From NCBI GenBank assembly GCA_019244185.1, contig JAFATB010000013.1:130762-194761 (forward strand): a DNA stretch of 64,000 nucleotides, given 5' to 3'. Shown piece by piece: positions 9,251 through 18,002 of the stretch; the first letter of the stretch is position 1, and every line of letters starts with the position of its first letter. The notes under the pieces are model-generated. The model was given only the letters and a program-made list of their open reading frames with translations. It made no database searches and had not been told where the DNA came from. Source of the DNA: Acidobacteriota bacterium. GTDB taxonomy: Bacteria; Acidobacteriota; Thermoanaerobaculia; Gp7-AA8. Made by a program: the position numbers and the translations under genes.

Positions 9251-10618
9251 ATGCTTTTTTCGGAGGACCTGTTCTTGATCCGGATCGCTGCCTGGACCGC
9301 TGCCGTTCTGCTGACGTTCCCTCTTTTCGCCGGCGAGGTCGTGCCGGCATCGAACATCGTTGGTGGCCTGCCGCGCGCCGCATTTCTCGGCGCGCTGCTC
9401 GCCGGCCCCGACGGCGTTCCGACCATCAACGGCGTCATGCCCGGCGCGCCCGCGGAAGCGATCGGGCTGAAGGCGGGCGACGTGATCGTGTCGGTCGGCG
9501 GACAGCCCGTCGCCACCGGCGCGGCGTTCCTCGCGTCGATCGGAAAGAAGCGCGCCGGCGATTCCGTGACGATCGTCGTGCGCCGCGGCGAGCAGACGCT
9601 GACGAAGAGCGGCACGCTCGCGGCGCGTCCGCTCGAACAGCAGCGCGACTACGACATCGACTACGGTAGCGTCGACGTGGCCGGCGCGAAGCGCCGCGTG
9701 ATCGTCACGCGTCCGCGCACTCCGGGCTCTCATCCCGCCGTCCTGCTCCTCGGCGGCATCGGCTGCTATTCACTCGACGGCCTCCTGCGTCCCGCGCCAC
9801 TCGATCATCCGTACGCGAAGATGCTCGACGCGCTGACGCGTGCCGGCTACGTGACGATGCGCGTCGAGAAGAGCGGCATGGGCGACAGCGAAGGCGTGCG
9901 TTGCGACGATCCGCGTGCCGACTTCGATCTCGAAACGCGCGCGTTCTCCGCGGGCCTCGCGCAGCTCGAGTCGATGCCGAACGTCGACAAGCACAACGTG
10001 TTTCTCTTCGCGCACAGCATCGGGCCGCTCGTCGCCGCGCGCATCGCGTCCGAGCATCCCGTGCGCGGCATCGCCGTCGCGGAGACGGTCGGCACCGGCT
10101 GGCTCGAATACGACCTCACGAACACGCGCCGGCAGCTGCTGCTGCGCGGCATCGCGTACGACGACGTCGAGCGCGCCGTGCGCCATCACGAGGTCTGCGC
10201 GCATCACTTCTACATCGAGAAGCAGACGCCCGAGCAGATCCTCGCCGCGGACAAGACGTGCGCGTCCGACCTCGAGGCGCCGGCGCCGTACACGTACATG
10301 CAGCAGGTCGGATCGCTCGATCTCGCCGCGCTCTGGAAGAAGATCGACGCGCCGGTGCTGGTCTTCTACGGCACCGCGGACTTCGTGACCGACGACTACC
10401 AGTCGCAATACCTGCGCGACATGATCGACGCGTTCCATCCGGGACACGCGACGTACGTCAGGATCGAGGGCATGGACCACGGGCTGCAGCTGACCGGCAC
10501 GGCGAAGGCGTCGTTCGAAGGCGCGCCGAACGCGCCGTTCGCGCAGCGGCTTGCTGACGAGACGCTGCGCTTCTTCAACGGCCTGCGTGGCGAGTCGCGT
10601 AATCCCCGGGGAGCGTGA
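9251..10618 (+). CDS. Secreted PDZ-domain plus alpha/beta-hydrolase protein
   Basis: PDZ: FLG...VMPGAPAEAIGLKAGDVIVSVGG...VVRRG. Hydrolase: EKSGMGDSEG, nucleophile AHSIG, GTADFV, GMDH. The true start may be slightly downstream. Confidence 0.85.
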   Translation: MLFSEDLFLIRIAAWTAAVLLTFPLFAGEVVPASNIVGGLPRAAFLGALLAGPDGVPTINGVMPGAPAEAIGLKAGDVIVSVGGQPVATGAAFLASIGKKRAGDSVTIVVRRGEQTLTKSGTLAARPLEQQRDYDIDYGSVDVAGAKRRVIVTRPRTPGSHPAVLLLGGIGCYSLDGLLRPAPLDHPYAKMLDALTRAGYVTMRVEKSGMGDSEGVRCDDPRADFDLETRAFSAGLAQLESMPNVDKHNVFLFAHSIGPLVAARIASEHPVRGIAVAETVGTGWLEYDLTNTRRQLLLRGIAYDDVERAVRHHEVCAHHFYIEKQTPEQILAADKTCASDLEAPAPYTYMQQVGSLDLAALWKKIDAPVLVFYGTADFVTDDYQSQYLRDMIDAFHPGHATYVRIEGMDHGLQLTGTAKASFEGAPNAPFAQRLADETLRFFNGLRGESRNPRGA

Positions 10619-11585
10619 CGCGGGCGATCCGGTTGCTGTGCCATTCACTGAACCAGAGCGTGCCGTCGCGCCCGGCGACGAGTGAATCGGGCTCGCCTCC
10701 GGGATGCGGCAGATCGAAGCGCGTGACGACGCCTGCCGGCGTGATGCGGCCGATCTTCGCGTCTTCCGCGTGTTCCTCGAGGAACCAGATGTTGCCGTCA
10801 GCGCCTAGGGTGAGACTGCGCGTGCCGTAGAACGAATGAGGGATGGGAAACACCGTGACGGCGTGATCGTGGGCGTCGATGCGGCGAATGGTGCTCGTGC
10901 CGCTTTCGGCGATCCACGCATTGCCGTCGCGATCGAAGGCGATGCCGCGCGTGGCCCATCCGTCGAGTCCGTGGTCTTCATCCACTTTCTGCACGCGCCC
11001 ATCCGGCAGCATGCGCCCGACCTGATCGGTCTCCACTTGGGTGAACCAGAGCGTGCCGTCGGGCGCGAACGCGAGCGAGTCCGCGGGGCCGTCGAGTCCT
11101 GTATCGAACTCGGTCACGCGGCCGTCGAACGTCAGCCTGCCGATGCGCGCCACGCCGTCTTCCGTGAACCAGAGCGCGCCGTCGGGACCGCTCAAAACGC
11201 GCAGCGGCGGCGCGGGCACGTTGAAGCCGGATCAATGCCCGGACGTCGTACAGCGCACGATCATCGGCTGGCTGGTGACGCTATGTCCGTTTTCCCACGA
11301 ACCCCACGTGTGGCGCGCGTACCAGAGGTTGCCGTCCGCGCCGACCGTCAGCGACCGCGGTCCGTGCAACTCGCCGGGGATTCGGATTTCGTCGATCGAG
11401 CCGTCCGGCTCCACGCTGGCGATTTTGTTGGCGAGCGATTCCCCGAACCACACCGTACCGTCGCGGGCGACGACGATGCTCGTCGGAGAGCCGTTCTCGG
11501 TCGGGACGTCGAACTCCGTGACCTCCTGCGCGTGCGCGACGCCGCACATCAGCAGCAACAGAACGGAGAGCGCGGCATGGCGCAT
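10575..11585 (-). pseudogene. Virginiamycin B lyase (Vgb)-like beta-propeller exported protein with an in-frame TGA at 11232-11234
   Basis: Repeats of 'GPDGALWFTE...IGRLT.DG.VTEF'; signal MRHAALSVLLLLMCGVAHA. ORFs 11232..11600 and 10575..11219 share one frame and are separated only by the TGA. Confidence 0.75.
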
Positions 11586-11621
11586 CGATCGGTCCTCCAA
11601 CGGCAGTGTAGGCCGGTGGAG

Positions 11622-12842
11622 CTACCGCGCGTCTTCCAGTAACCGTTTTGCCACTTTGCGCGCGTACGAGCGCGCTTCTTCGGGCGGGATCTCGCCGTTC
11701 CACACGGCCACGCGCGTGCGTTCGATCGCTTGCGCGACGTGCGGGCCGCCGGGGACTTCGAGATCGTTGCCGCGGAGCGGGAGTTTGAATTTCTCGAACT
11801 CGCGGAAGCGCTCGATGTGCACGCCTTCGCCGGCGCGTTCGGCGGCGAGGAGCGTGAGCATCTCCGCGGTCACGCCGCGATAAATGCGGAAGCGTTCCGC
11901 GTCGGTCTCCGCGGCGCCGACGCTCTCGATGACGCGCGGAAACTCGTTCGCGATCTCGACGACGGCGCGCGCGCGTTTCTGCGAGAAGCCGGAGCCTTCG
12001 AAGTCGACGGGCGACGCGTCGCCGCGCAGCAGCACGCCGGTGTAGAGCACGTAGCGATCGGCTTCGGGCTGTTGCGCGAGTTGCGCGCCGACGCGTTCCA
12101 AACGCGCGCGCAGCTCCTCGTGCTCGCGATTGCCGAAGAGCGGCGCGAGCGCGCCTTGTGCGACGAGGGTGGCGAGCACGGCCGGCGCGTCCGGCTCGTC
12201 CATCGCGAGAAACAGCTCGCGCCAGAGGCGCTCCTTTGCGACGGTGTCGAACGCGCTGCCTTCGATTGCCTCGCGCATCAGCGACGCGGTGTGCGGCTCG
12301 ATGGTGAAGCCGAGGCGCGTGGCGAGACGGATCGCGCGAAAGATGCGCGTCGGATCGTCGAGGAAGCTGCGGTCGTGCAGCACGCGGATGACGCGGCGCT
12401 CGATGTCCGCCTCGCCGTCGGCGGGATCGTGTAAGGCGCCGTTGTCGAGATCCATCGCGATCGCGTTGATGGAGAAGTCGCGGCGCAGCAGGTCGTCCTT
12501 GAGGCGTCCCGCGGTCACGGCGGGAAGCGCGCCGGGACGGCGGTAGCGTTCCTTGCGCGCGGTGGCGATGTCGATCTCGGGCAGGCCTTCGGCGGTCACC
12601 TTGTACGTGAGGAACTGCGGGAACGAGCGCACGCGGCCTTCGACGCGCTTCGCCAGCGCACGCGCGAGCGTGGAGCTGCCGTCTTCGAGAGTCAGATCGA
12701 CGTCGATGGCGCTGCGGCCGAGGAGGAGGTCGCGGACCGGGCCGCCGACGAGGTACGGGTGGCAGTCCTTTTCCGCGGCGACTTCCTTGACGAGGTCGAT
12801 GGCGCGCCGTTGGGGCGTCGGGAGATCGAGGAGCCGTTTCAT
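11622..12842 (-). CDS. cca: CCA tRNA nucleotidyltransferase (class II; possibly an A-adding type)
   Basis: YLVGGPVRDLLLG, DVDL, DIATARKE, DLLRRDFSINA, SFLDDPTRIFRAIR. Confidence 0.9.
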   Translation of the reverse strand: MKRLLDLPTPQRRAIDLVKEVAAEKDCHPYLVGGPVRDLLLGRSAIDVDLTLEDGSSTLARALAKRVEGRVRSFPQFLTYKVTAEGLPEIDIATARKERYRRPGALPAVTAGRLKDDLLRRDFSINAIAMDLDNGALHDPADGEADIERRVIRVLHDRSFLDDPTRIFRAIRLATRLGFTIEPHTASLMREAIEGSAFDTVAKERLWRELFLAMDEPDAPAVLATLVAQGALAPLFGNREHEELRARLERVGAQLAQQPEADRYVLYTGVLLRGDASPVDFEGSGFSQKRARAVVEIANEFPRVIESVGAAETDAERFRIYRGVTAEMLTLLAAERAGEGVHIERFREFEKFKLPLRGNDLEVPGGPHVAQAIERTRVAVWNGEIPPEEARSYARKVAKRLLEDAR

Positions 12843-13663
12843 CCGATGAGCGTCTCGTAGAGGTGCGCGAGAATGCGCAGCCGTTGCCGCGGACGGAACT
12901 TCGAAGCCGTCTGCCGCGCCGCCGTCATCTTCGCCTCTGCCACCTCTGGCTTGAACAGGGCGGCAAGTATCGCATGAGTCATTTCGTTGGGGTCGTTCAG
13001 GGGCACCAGAAACCCCGTCCGATTTTGCTCCAGCCGCAAACGGTTGAGTGACGTTTTCGCTGCCGCGACCACGATTCCCGAGACGAGCGCCTCCGCGACG
13101 AAGCCGTCGAGGTCGTCGTCGGAAAGGGCCGGATCGACCCAGAGATCCACGCTCCGTAGATCGCGCGGCGACGGCGGCTCGTGGAAGAGCGTCCACGTGA
13201 CGTCGGCGCGGAAGCGCTGGATGCGCGCGAGCGTCTGCTCGACGAGATTGCGCGTGCTCGCGCGGGCGAAGCTGCCGACGACGCGGACGTCGCCACGCGG
13301 CTGCCGAACGTGCGCATCTTCAACAAAGTACGCATCTTCGACCGCCTCCGGCAGCGGTTGCAGGCGGCCGATTCCGGGCGGCTCCGTGAGCGGGGAGACG
13401 ACGTACGCCGGCGCCGCCGGCTTGCGCAGTATCCAGCGCGAGCGATGGATGTCGATCGCGGCGACGTACGGAATCGGGAAGCCACGGAAGAGCGATGCTG
13501 GCAGCGCGCGTCCGGCGTAGACGTGCGCGACCTGCGCGTCGCCGACCGCATCCGCCGGCACCACGCGCACGTCGTGTTTCGCCGAGAGCGCGGCGAAGTC
13601 GACGCGCTGGCATTTCCGCTCGTATTCGGAGGCGTCCGGGAGGATGATCTGTGCGATCCGCAT
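12839..13663 (-). CDS. Glycosyltransferase family 4-like (GT-B C-terminal domain), divergent
   Basis: DLWVDPA...DGFVAEALVSGIVVAA...EQNRTGFLVPLNDPNEMTHAIL resembles Glycos_transf_1. ATGA overlap with cca. Confidence 0.7.
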   Translation of the reverse strand: MRIAQIILPDASEYERKCQRVDFAALSAKHDVRVVPADAVGDAQVAHVYAGRALPASLFRGFPIPYVAAIDIHRSRWILRKPAAPAYVVSPLTEPPGIGRLQPLPEAVEDAYFVEDAHVRQPRGDVRVVGSFARASTRNLVEQTLARIQRFRADVTWTLFHEPPSPRDLRSVDLWVDPALSDDDLDGFVAEALVSGIVVAAAKTSLNRLRLEQNRTGFLVPLNDPNEMTHAILAALFKPEVAEAKMTAARQTASKFRPRQRLRILAHLYETLIG

Positions 13664-13706
13664 CGTGGGATGCGCATCTTGCCTTAAACTCGAAACACTT
13701 ACGCGC

Positions 13707-15005
13707 ATGGAACCGCAGCGGATCGGCGTCTGGAGCGAGCGCGGCGATCTCATCGAGGTCCTGCGGGAGACCTGTCCCTCGATGCACTTCGTCATGGAAG
13801 GCGACGAGCGGCGCACCGCGCGCATCGCCATCGTCGACGCCGGTGCGGAACGTCCCTCCGTCAAGAGCGTCGTCCGGATTTTTCTCTGTGCGGAAGAGCC
13901 GGTGCCCGACGGCCGTCGTAGTGGCGAGCTGCACGTCGCCCGCGACGCGTTCCTCCGCAACCCCGCCGAGTACCTCGGATTCGCCGGCGATCTCGCATTC
14001 GCCGTCGTTCACGCGGCGAAGCTCGAGCACGAGTCGGTCTACCTCAAGCACATCCACGAGCTGATGACGATGACCGATGCCGAGGCGGTGTCGGAGCGGA
14101 TCACGTCGACCGTGCTCGATTTTCTGGGATTGCCGCACGGCACGCTCTTCCTGCACGACCCGCGGCTGGAGCGCTACGTCGTCAGCTACAGCAACGATCC
14201 GGGGTACCGCGAGACCGGCGAGTTTCTGCCCGGGATTCGCCCGGACGTGCTGCAGCAGGCGCTCGCGTCGTCGCAGCTCTTCGCGGTGTCACGCGACGCG
14301 GACGGCAGCGGAATCATGGTCATGCCGCTGCAGGTGCGCGAGGATCTCATCGGCGTGATCCGCGTGCCGCTGCACGCGAGCGACACGTTCGACGATGACG
14401 CGGCGTCGAACGTCACCAGCTATCTCACCGCCGTCGCGCAGGTGCTGAGCAACATCTACCAGCTGACGCGCAGCCGCGACCTCGCCATGCGCGACGATCT
14501 GACGAAGGCGTACAACCGGCGCTTCTTCGACATCTCGCTCGACGAGGAGATGGAGCGCTCGCGCCGCTACGGCACGATCTTCAGCATCATCTTCCTCGAC
14601 CTCGACGACCTGAAGCTCGTCAACAATCTCTACGGTCACCTCAGCGGCTCGCGCACGCTGCAGGAAGTAGCGAAGCGGATCCTGAGCGCCGTGCGCGGCA
14701 TCGACAAGGTCGTGCGCTTCGGCGGCGACGAGTTCTGCATCATCCTGCCGCAGACCGATCCCGAGCAGGCCATCGCGGTCGCGAACCGCGTCGCGCGTTC
14801 GATGGGCGCGAGCCCGCTGCGGCTCGACGCGAACGTGGAAGTGTCGATCACGGCGAGCTTCGGCATCGCCACGTATCCGACGCACGCGATCACGAAGGAA
14901 GGGCTGATCCGCCAGGCCGACGCGGCGATGTACCGCGTGAAGTCGACGACGAAGAACTCCGTCGGCATCGCCACCGTCGAGGACGCGACGCGGCCCGTGC
15001 ATTAA
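13707..15005 (+). CDS. GAF-GGDEF diguanylate cyclase
   Basis: DDLTKAYNRR, DLDDLKLVNNLYGHLSG, I-site RGID, active site RFGGDEF, ASFG, ADAAMYRVK; central GAF-like region. Confidence 0.93.
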   Translation: MEPQRIGVWSERGDLIEVLRETCPSMHFVMEGDERRTARIAIVDAGAERPSVKSVVRIFLCAEEPVPDGRRSGELHVARDAFLRNPAEYLGFAGDLAFAVVHAAKLEHESVYLKHIHELMTMTDAEAVSERITSTVLDFLGLPHGTLFLHDPRLERYVVSYSNDPGYRETGEFLPGIRPDVLQQALASSQLFAVSRDADGSGIMVMPLQVREDLIGVIRVPLHASDTFDDDAASNVTSYLTAVAQVLSNIYQLTRSRDLAMRDDLTKAYNRRFFDISLDEEMERSRRYGTIFSIIFLDLDDLKLVNNLYGHLSGSRTLQEVAKRILSAVRGIDKVVRFGGDEFCIILPQTDPEQAIAVANRVARSMGASPLRLDANVEVSITASFGIATYPTHAITKEGLIRQADAAMYRVKSTTKNSVGIATVEDATRPVH

Positions 15006-15016
15006 TCTTCGTCTCC

Positions 15017-16132
15017 ATGTCCTCCGACGAGAATCTCTCGATTCAGGGCGCGCTCGCCGAGACGACCGTGCCCGATCTCATCCGCTCGATCGTGCGCAGC
15101 AGCGAGACGGCGATTCTCTCGCTCGACGCCATCGGCCGCTCGGACACGCTCTTCTTCTCTGAAGGACGCCTCGTCAATGCCGTCAGCACCGACCCCGACA
15201 TGGGGCTCGCGGAGACGCTGCTCCGCTCCGGTGAGCTGAACATCCAGCAGTACGACCACGCGATGGAGCGGCTCGTCGTCGCGCGCCGCCTCGGCGGACT
15301 GCTCTGCGAACTCGGCTACCTCGCGCCGGAGGACCTCACTCGCGCGGTGGAGCGGCAGGCCAGCGCGATCGTGCTGAATGCGATCGCGTACCGCACCGGC
15401 AGCTACACGATCGAGTTCGCGCCGTCGCTGCCGGACGGCATCATTCCGCTGCCGCTCATGACCGAGCGCCTCATCCTCGACGGCGTGCGGCGCCTCGAAT
15501 ACTGGTCGCTCATCACGCGCGGCATCGGCCGGCTCGACCGCATGCTGAGACAGGTGCCGGGCGCCGACACGCGCGCGTTCCAGCTCGAGCTGAACGACGA
15601 CGAGAGCCACGTGCTGTCGCTGCTCGCCGAAGATCCGCAGTCGATCGAGCAGCTCTGCGCGCGCAGCTATCTCTCGAACTTCCAGACCCTGCGCACGATC
15701 TGGGGACTGCTCGCGGTGAACCTCGTCACGGAAGCGGAGACGAGCGGCGCGGACGAGAAGCGCGCGGCGATGGAGACGGAGTACGAGCTCGAGGCGATGG
15801 TCGAAAAGTACAACACCGTCTTCCAGCGCATCTTCGGCCTCGCGTTCCACGCCATCGGCGATCACGTCTACGACTTCATGGATCGCGTCGTCCTGCATCT
15901 CTCGCCCGAGACGCTGCCGTATCTCTCCGGGATGAGCTTCATCAACGAGGGGCGCGTCGACTTCGATCAGCTGCTCAACAATCTCTACGCGTCCGGCTCG
16001 CAGAACCACGGCGCCGTCGTGCACGACGTGCTCAACGAGCTGCTGTACGGCTGGATTTACGAGACGAAGGCGGAGTTCGGCCCGGCCATGGAGTCGGAGA
16101 TCGTGAAGCTCGCGGAATCGCTGCGGCGATGA
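15017..16132 (+). CDS. DUF4388 domain protein with an MshEN-type motif
   Basis: GALAETTVPDLIRSI...TLFFSEGRLVNA; RLGGLLCELGYLAPEDLTRAVERQ; LILDGVRRL. Confidence 0.82.
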   Translation: MSSDENLSIQGALAETTVPDLIRSIVRSSETAILSLDAIGRSDTLFFSEGRLVNAVSTDPDMGLAETLLRSGELNIQQYDHAMERLVVARRLGGLLCELGYLAPEDLTRAVERQASAIVLNAIAYRTGSYTIEFAPSLPDGIIPLPLMTERLILDGVRRLEYWSLITRGIGRLDRMLRQVPGADTRAFQLELNDDESHVLSLLAEDPQSIEQLCARSYLSNFQTLRTIWGLLAVNLVTEAETSGADEKRAAMETEYELEAMVEKYNTVFQRIFGLAFHAIGDHVYDFMDRVVLHLSPETLPYLSGMSFINEGRVDFDQLLNNLYASGSQNHGAVVHDVLNELLYGWIYETKAEFGPAMESEIVKLAESLRR

Positions 16133-16674
16133 AGATCCGCGTCGCCACCGCCTCCGATCTCTCCGCCATCGATCGCGTGATGCGCGCCTCCATGCAGTCC
16201 CTCGGCGCCGCCTTCTACGACGAGCGCCAGCTCGCCAGCGCCGTCGCCTACATCGCGCAGCCCGATCACCACCTCGTCGACGACGGCACGTTCTACGTCG
16301 TGGAAGACGAAGACGGAACGATCGTCGCGTGCGGCGGCTGGAGCGCGCGCAGGAAACTCTTCACCGGTACCGACGCGCAGGCCGCGACCTCAGGCATGCT
16401 CAATCCCGCCACCGATCCCGCGCGCATCCGCGCGATGTTCGTCCACCCCGCCGCCGCCCGCCGCGGCCTCGGCCGCCTCATCCTCGAGACCGCCGAACGC
16501 GCCGCCCACGCCGCCGGCTTCACGCGCTGCGAGCTCATGGCCACGCTGCCCGGCGTCCCGCTGTATCGCGCCTGCGGCTACGAAGAGCTCGAGCCCACCG
16601 TCATTCGCCTGCCGGACGGGGTGGAGCTGGAGACGGTGCGGATGGGGAAGGGCGCGACGTCAGCAGGTACGTGA
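16129..16674 (+). CDS. GNAT family N-acetyltransferase
   Basis: IVACGGW, ARIRAMFVHPAAARRGLGRLIL, LMATLPGVPLYRACGY. Confidence 0.92.
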   Translation: MKIRVATASDLSAIDRVMRASMQSLGAAFYDERQLASAVAYIAQPDHHLVDDGTFYVVEDEDGTIVACGGWSARRKLFTGTDAQAATSGMLNPATDPARIRAMFVHPAAARRGLGRLILETAERAAHAAGFTRCELMATLPGVPLYRACGYEELEPTVIRLPDGVELETVRMGKGATSAGT

Positions 16675-17014
16675 AGATCCCGAATCCGACACCGATCGGG
16701 ACGTAGCCAAAGAGCGCTTCATCGATGCGGCGGAAGCCGATCCCGGCCAGCACGCCGACGCCGCCGAGGAGGAGCACCCAGGCGATCGCGCGCAGCGTGT
16801 CGCGGCGCCGTGCGATGTCGTTGGCTTCCTGCCACCGCAGCCACGCGAAAACCCGGTCGCGATCGTCCGCGTATTTGTCCAGCATCAGCCGCGACAACTC
16901 GTAGCGGTAAAACGACTCGCGCTCCTTGCGCCGCTGCGACGCCCACCAGATCACGGAGAACGCGAGACACGACGAGACGATCGAGGAGATGGGAATCAGA
17001 ACCTGCCACCGCAT
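16601..17014 (-). CDS. Small membrane protein (DUF6249-like), divergent from the ECF sigma factor
   Basis: N-terminal TM, then RRKERESFYRYE, then two C-terminal TM helices (GYVPIGVGFGIFTYLL). Confidence 0.65.
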   Translation of the reverse strand: MRWQVLIPISSIVSSCLAFSVIWWASQRRKERESFYRYELSRLMLDKYADDRDRVFAWLRWQEANDIARRRDTLRAIAWVLLLGGVGVLAGIGFRRIDEALFGYVPIGVGFGIFTYLLTSRPSPSAPSPAPPRPAGE

Positions 17015-17120
17015 GGGCGATTTCCTTTCGAGCGGTGAGACGCCGCCGCGCGCGATCGGGTTGCACGGGCGGCGATGCAACCACTTCGCGGCGTGCGGCG
17101 TCCAACCGGAACGCTAAATC

Positions 17121-17645
17121 ATGAACGCCGACGAGCAGGATGTTGCGGCCGTCCTCGCCGGCGACGTGGAGCGCTTCGAGGGAATCGTCGAACGCTGGCA
17201 GCGGCCGCTGGTGAACCTCGCGTACCGCTTCGTGCATGACGAGGCGCGCGCCGAGGATCTGGCGCAGGAGGCGTTTCTGAAGTGCTTTCGTTCACTCGCG
17301 CAGTGGCGGCGCGACGCGGCGTTCTCGACGTGGCTGTTCTCGGTCGCGCTGAGCGTCTACCGCTCGAAGCTGCGGCGGCTCGAGCCGTTGCGCGTGGCGC
17401 TCGCGGAACTGGAGATCGACGATCGCATCGACGAGCGGCTGTACGAACGGCAGCGCGCGGAGCGCGTCCGGCGCGCGGTGGACGCGCTGCCGCCGCTCTT
17501 TCGCGAGCCGCTGATCGTGTTCTATTTTCAGGAGCAGGACCTCGCGTCGACCGCACGCGTGCTCGGTCTGCGCGAGGGCACGCTCAAGGCGCGGCTGCAT
17601 CGCGCGCGCGAGGCGCTGCGGGAGCGCCTGCGGGAGGTGTTGTGA
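17121..17645 (+). CDS. ECF (sigma-70 group 4) RNA polymerase sigma factor
   Basis: Region 2 AEDLAQEAFLK...FSTWLFSVA; region 4 LP..FREPL...GTLKARLHRAREALR. Confidence 0.93.
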   Translation: MNADEQDVAAVLAGDVERFEGIVERWQRPLVNLAYRFVHDEARAEDLAQEAFLKCFRSLAQWRRDAAFSTWLFSVALSVYRSKLRRLEPLRVALAELEIDDRIDERLYERQRAERVRRAVDALPPLFREPLIVFYFQEQDLASTARVLGLREGTLKARLHRAREALRERLREVL

Positions 17646-17965
17646 ACGACGAGATCGAACAGCTCATCGAGGACGTCCTCTCCGCGCCGCGCGCGATCGA
17701 GCCGTCGCCGGCGTTTGCGAAACGCGTGATAATCGCGGTGCAGCGCGAAGCAGCGCTGCCGCCGCTCGCATTTCCGTGGAAGCGCTTCGTCGCCGCGGTC
17801 GTGGCGTTCGTGCTCGGCATGGTGCTCGCGCTCGTCGGCGGTGATGCCGCGTCCGCGGCCGTGACGTCGCACCACGCGTGGCTGGGGCTCTTCGCGGCGG
17901 TGTCATGTTGCAGTCTCTTCGCGACGTTCTCCACCGCGATGCCGGCTCGCCGCGGCGCGCGCTGA
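17642..17965 (+). CDS. Putative anti-sigma membrane protein
   Basis: GTG start overlaps the sigma TGA. VNDEIEQLIEDVLS..IEPSPAFAKRV followed by two TM helices. Confidence 0.7.
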   Translation: MNDEIEQLIEDVLSAPRAIEPSPAFAKRVIIAVQREAALPPLAFPWKRFVAAVVAFVLGMVLALVGGDAASAAVTSHHAWLGLFAAVSCCSLFATFSTAMPARRGAR

Positions 17966-18002
17966 TGCAACCGCTTCGCGCAAGGCGGCGTCTCACGGCG
18001 CG

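Noticed and set aside
11232-11234. Selenocysteine codon in the Vgb-like gene
   Set aside because: The position is not a Cys or redox site in this fold, no convincing SECIS is visible, and a double-indel repair fits the repeat consensus better.
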